Under the pieces are notes generated by a model, which was not told where the DNA came from, did no database searches, and saw only the letters and a list, made by a program, of their open reading frames with translations. A DNA stretch of 64,000 nucleotides from the NCBI GenBank assembly GCA_035636595.1, contig DASPYU010000015.1, positions 168 to 64,167 of the forward strand. Reading direction: 5' to 3'. Within the stretch, counting starts at the first letter, position 1; every line of letters starts with the position of its first letter. The position numbers were made by a program, and so were the translations under genes. Below, in pieces: positions 63,662-64,000 of this stretch. This DNA is from Thermoplasmata archaeon. Lineage in GTDB: Archaea; Thermoplasmatota; Thermoplasmata; RBG-16-68-12.

Positions 63662-64000
63662 TCACTGATTCTTCGCCACGATGTCGCTCAGCACATTGGC
63701 GACGTCCTCGCAGTGGTCCGTGGCCTGCTCGAGGACCTCCGTGATCTCCTTGAACTTAATGATCGTCACGGGATCCTCCTGATGGAAGAGCGCCGCGACG
63801 GCGTTGTTCATGAGGTCGTCTGCCACGTTCTCGAGGCGGTGGACCTCGATGGCGATCCGCTCGACCCCGTTGGCCTGTTTCATGTTGCGGATCATCCCGA
63901 CGGCCTCCCTCAGGAGCCGAGTCCCGTCCTTGATCACATTTCCGAGCTGCACCATCGCCTCGGTCGGACGATTAATTTCATAGAGGCCGATCCGGCTCGA
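63662..64000 (-). CDS. DUF47 / PhoU-like PiT accessory protein (5' end outside the window)
   Basis: LENVADDL...LEQATDHCEDVANVL; directly upstream of the PiT gene. Confidence 0.85.
   Translation of the reverse strand, partial: SSRIGLYEINRPTEAMVQLGNVIKDGTRLLREAVGMIRNMKQANGVERIAIEVHRLENVADDLMNNAVAALFHQEDPVTIIKFKEITEVLEQATDHCEDVANVLSDIVAKNQ

Noticed and set aside
1-64000. CRISPR array, rRNA, transposase, reverse transcriptase
   Set aside because: No regularly spaced repeats or diagnostic motifs were seen; the repeats found are coding duplications.

Overview
A GC-rich archaeal chromosomal segment, most consistent with Thermoplasmatota: it has archaeal-type Pgk, GlyRS, Elp3, TFS and PCNA, tRNAs without encoded CCA, and an intron-containing tRNA-Tyr. 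The left half (1-29 kb) is mostly metabolic and housekeeping: glycogen/trehalose genes, two MenA-like prenyltransferases, a wHTH-STAND-TPR protein, a ubiquitin-like/beta-propeller pair, Elp3, a Rab-like GTPase next to a membrane-anchored longin-like protein, glyS and pgk. The 31-56 kb region is the most striking. It encodes a fusion of a DUF2226-like domain, a bacterial DnaA-type AAA+ module with no DNA-binding domain IV, and a DUF835-like domain. Next to it are a KaiC/RAD55-like ATPase, two zinc-ribbon/coiled-coil proteins, two large paralogous surface proteins with near-identical cytoplasmic zinc-ribbon tails, two class III signal peptide pilins, and a type IV pilus operon with two ATPases and two TadC proteins. 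Several of these promoters share a position-fixed motif, which suggests one co-regulated surface-sensing/pilus system. A candidate ~200-nt structured ncRNA lies upstream of pgk. No CRISPR array, rRNA or transposase was seen. All family calls come from visual motif recognition, not database searches.
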